From NCBI GenBank assembly GCA_963851265.1, contig CAWKNZ010000008.1, positions 249,007 to 313,006 of the forward strand: a stretch of DNA of 64,000 bases. The letters run 5' to 3'. Positions 62,857-64,000 of this stretch are shown one piece after another. Under the pieces are notes generated by a model that made no database searches, was not told the origin of the DNA, and saw nothing but the letters and a program-made list of their open reading frames with translations. Numbering within the stretch: the first letter of the stretch is position 1; each line of letters starts with the position of its first letter. Source of the DNA: an uncultured Gemmatimonadales bacterium (GTDB taxonomy: Bacteria > Gemmatimonadota > Gemmatimonadetes > Gemmatimonadales > Gemmatimonadaceae). A program made the translations under genes and the position numbers.

Positions 62857-64000
62857 ATGCACGCGTTCCCCAATCCGCCCCGCCCGCGCCGCGCGTGGCG
62901 GGCCGTGTCCGTAGTGTTAGGCATCGCCTTCGCCGTCGGCGCACCGGATCGCGCGGCCGCGCAGCACGCCATCCTGGTGCAGGGCGTCGCCGACGCCGAG
63001 TGGTGGAAAACGGACTCGGGTTCGGTCCTGTTGACCCGGAATCATGGGCATCCTGGCATGCTGGAGCGGGTGCAAGTGTGGGGTGCTGCAGAGGTCCGGC
63101 ACGACGTGCTCGTGTACGCGGCGGCGACCGGCGAGACCGGGCGCGCGCGTACCGAGCCGGGCACCGAGTGGTACGCCGATCAGGTGGGAATGCGCTACAC
63201 ACGCTCCGACGCGCTCGTGCTGGACGCGGGCAAGATGCCGCACCCCGTTGGCGCGTTCGCAAGCCGGCGCTACTCGATGCGCAACCCGCTCATCGGCCGG
63301 CCGGACGGGTACCCCGTGCAGTACCCGTTGGGCGTCCAACTCACAGGCACGCGTGGGCGCATCGACTACCGGGCCGCTGTCGTGTCGCTCCCCGTCTACC
63401 ACGAGGATTACACGCCGGATCCGACGCCGGCGGCGCGCCCTGCCTTCGGCGCCGGGTTCACGCCGATGACAGGCGTGCACGTCGGCGCGTCGGCCACGTG
63501 GGGGCCGTATCTCAGCCGCGAACTGCCGGCGGCGTTGTACGCCGGCCGCTCGTGGCGGTCGTACACGCAGCGCGTCGGCGCGCTCGATACGCGGGTCGAC
63601 CGCGGCTACTTCGAGTTCCGGGGCGAACTGGGTGCCGTTCGGGCGCTCGTTCCCGGAAACGCCGGGGCCGGCGCCGTGGCGGTCGACGGGCTGACGTACT
63701 ACGGGGAGGCGAAATACACGCTCACCCCGCGCGTGTTCGTCGCCGGTCGCGTCGAACGCAACGACTATCCATACATCCAGCCGGCCGAAACGTCGGGATG
63801 GGTCGCGACGTCGACTGACGTTTATAACGGCGAATTCGGCGTCGGCTACCGGGCGGGCGCGCGGACGCTGCTCAAGGCGTCACTCCGCACGGACCGGTGG
63901 GAGGTGCCCCCCGCGATGCGCGCCGCTCTCCCGAACGGCGCGGCGTTCGCGTTCCAGTGTTCGCGCACCTTCGACCTTCTCGACACCTCGATCGGGCGCC
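62857..64000 (+). CDS. Probable outer-membrane beta-barrel protein; runs off the window end (absent from the ORF track)
   Basis: Open frame from ATG 62857 to the end: MHAFPNPP...AAAQ signal peptide, LDAGKMPHPVGAF, NPLIG, YYGEAKYTLTPRVFVAGRVE, EFGVGYR. Confidence 0.75.
   Translation, partial: MHAFPNPPRPRRAWRAVSVVLGIAFAVGAPDRAAAQHAILVQGVADAEWWKTDSGSVLLTRNHGHPGMLERVQVWGAAEVRHDVLVYAAATGETGRARTEPGTEWYADQVGMRYTRSDALVLDAGKMPHPVGAFASRRYSMRNPLIGRPDGYPVQYPLGVQLTGTRGRIDYRAAVVSLPVYHEDYTPDPTPAARPAFGAGFTPMTGVHVGASATWGPYLSRELPAALYAGRSWRSYTQRVGALDTRVDRGYFEFRGELGAVRALVPGNAGAGAVAVDGLTYYGEAKYTLTPRVFVAGRVERNDYPYIQPAETSGWVATSTDVYNGEFGVGYRAGARTLLKASLRTDRWEVPPAMRAALPNGAAFAFQCSRTFDLLDTSIGR

Overview
Very GC-rich bacterial DNA (roughly 75% by eye). 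The protein families (Ser/Thr kinase-TPR, expanded GGDEF-EAL paralogs, ECF sigmas) suggest Gemmatimonadota, Gemmatirosa-like; this is inference only. The window appears to hold the replication/partition locus of a secondary replicon (megaplasmid or chromid). That locus is a translationally coupled parA-parB-rep operon on the minus strand (11520->7194), whose Rep ends in a DnaA-domain-I-like module. Two identical 15-bp palindromes lie upstream of parA; a repeat-rich non-coding region (candidate origin) and a tandem winged-HTH gene lie downstream of rep. The rest is accessory cargo: glycoside hydrolases (GH3, GH31-PA14, GH1-like, GH63-like), three GGDEF-EAL proteins, redox/stress modules, MarR/TetR/LysR/ECF regulators (many apparently leaderless), transporters and several gene remnants. 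The heptamer GTTAGGC/GCCTAAC is strikingly iterated (25 copies counted by eye, both strands, all beyond 20.5 kb) and forces rare TTA/CTA/CCT codons inside genes. No rRNA, tRNA, CRISPR array, transposase or integrase was recognised. All product calls rest on motif recognition by eye, not database searches.
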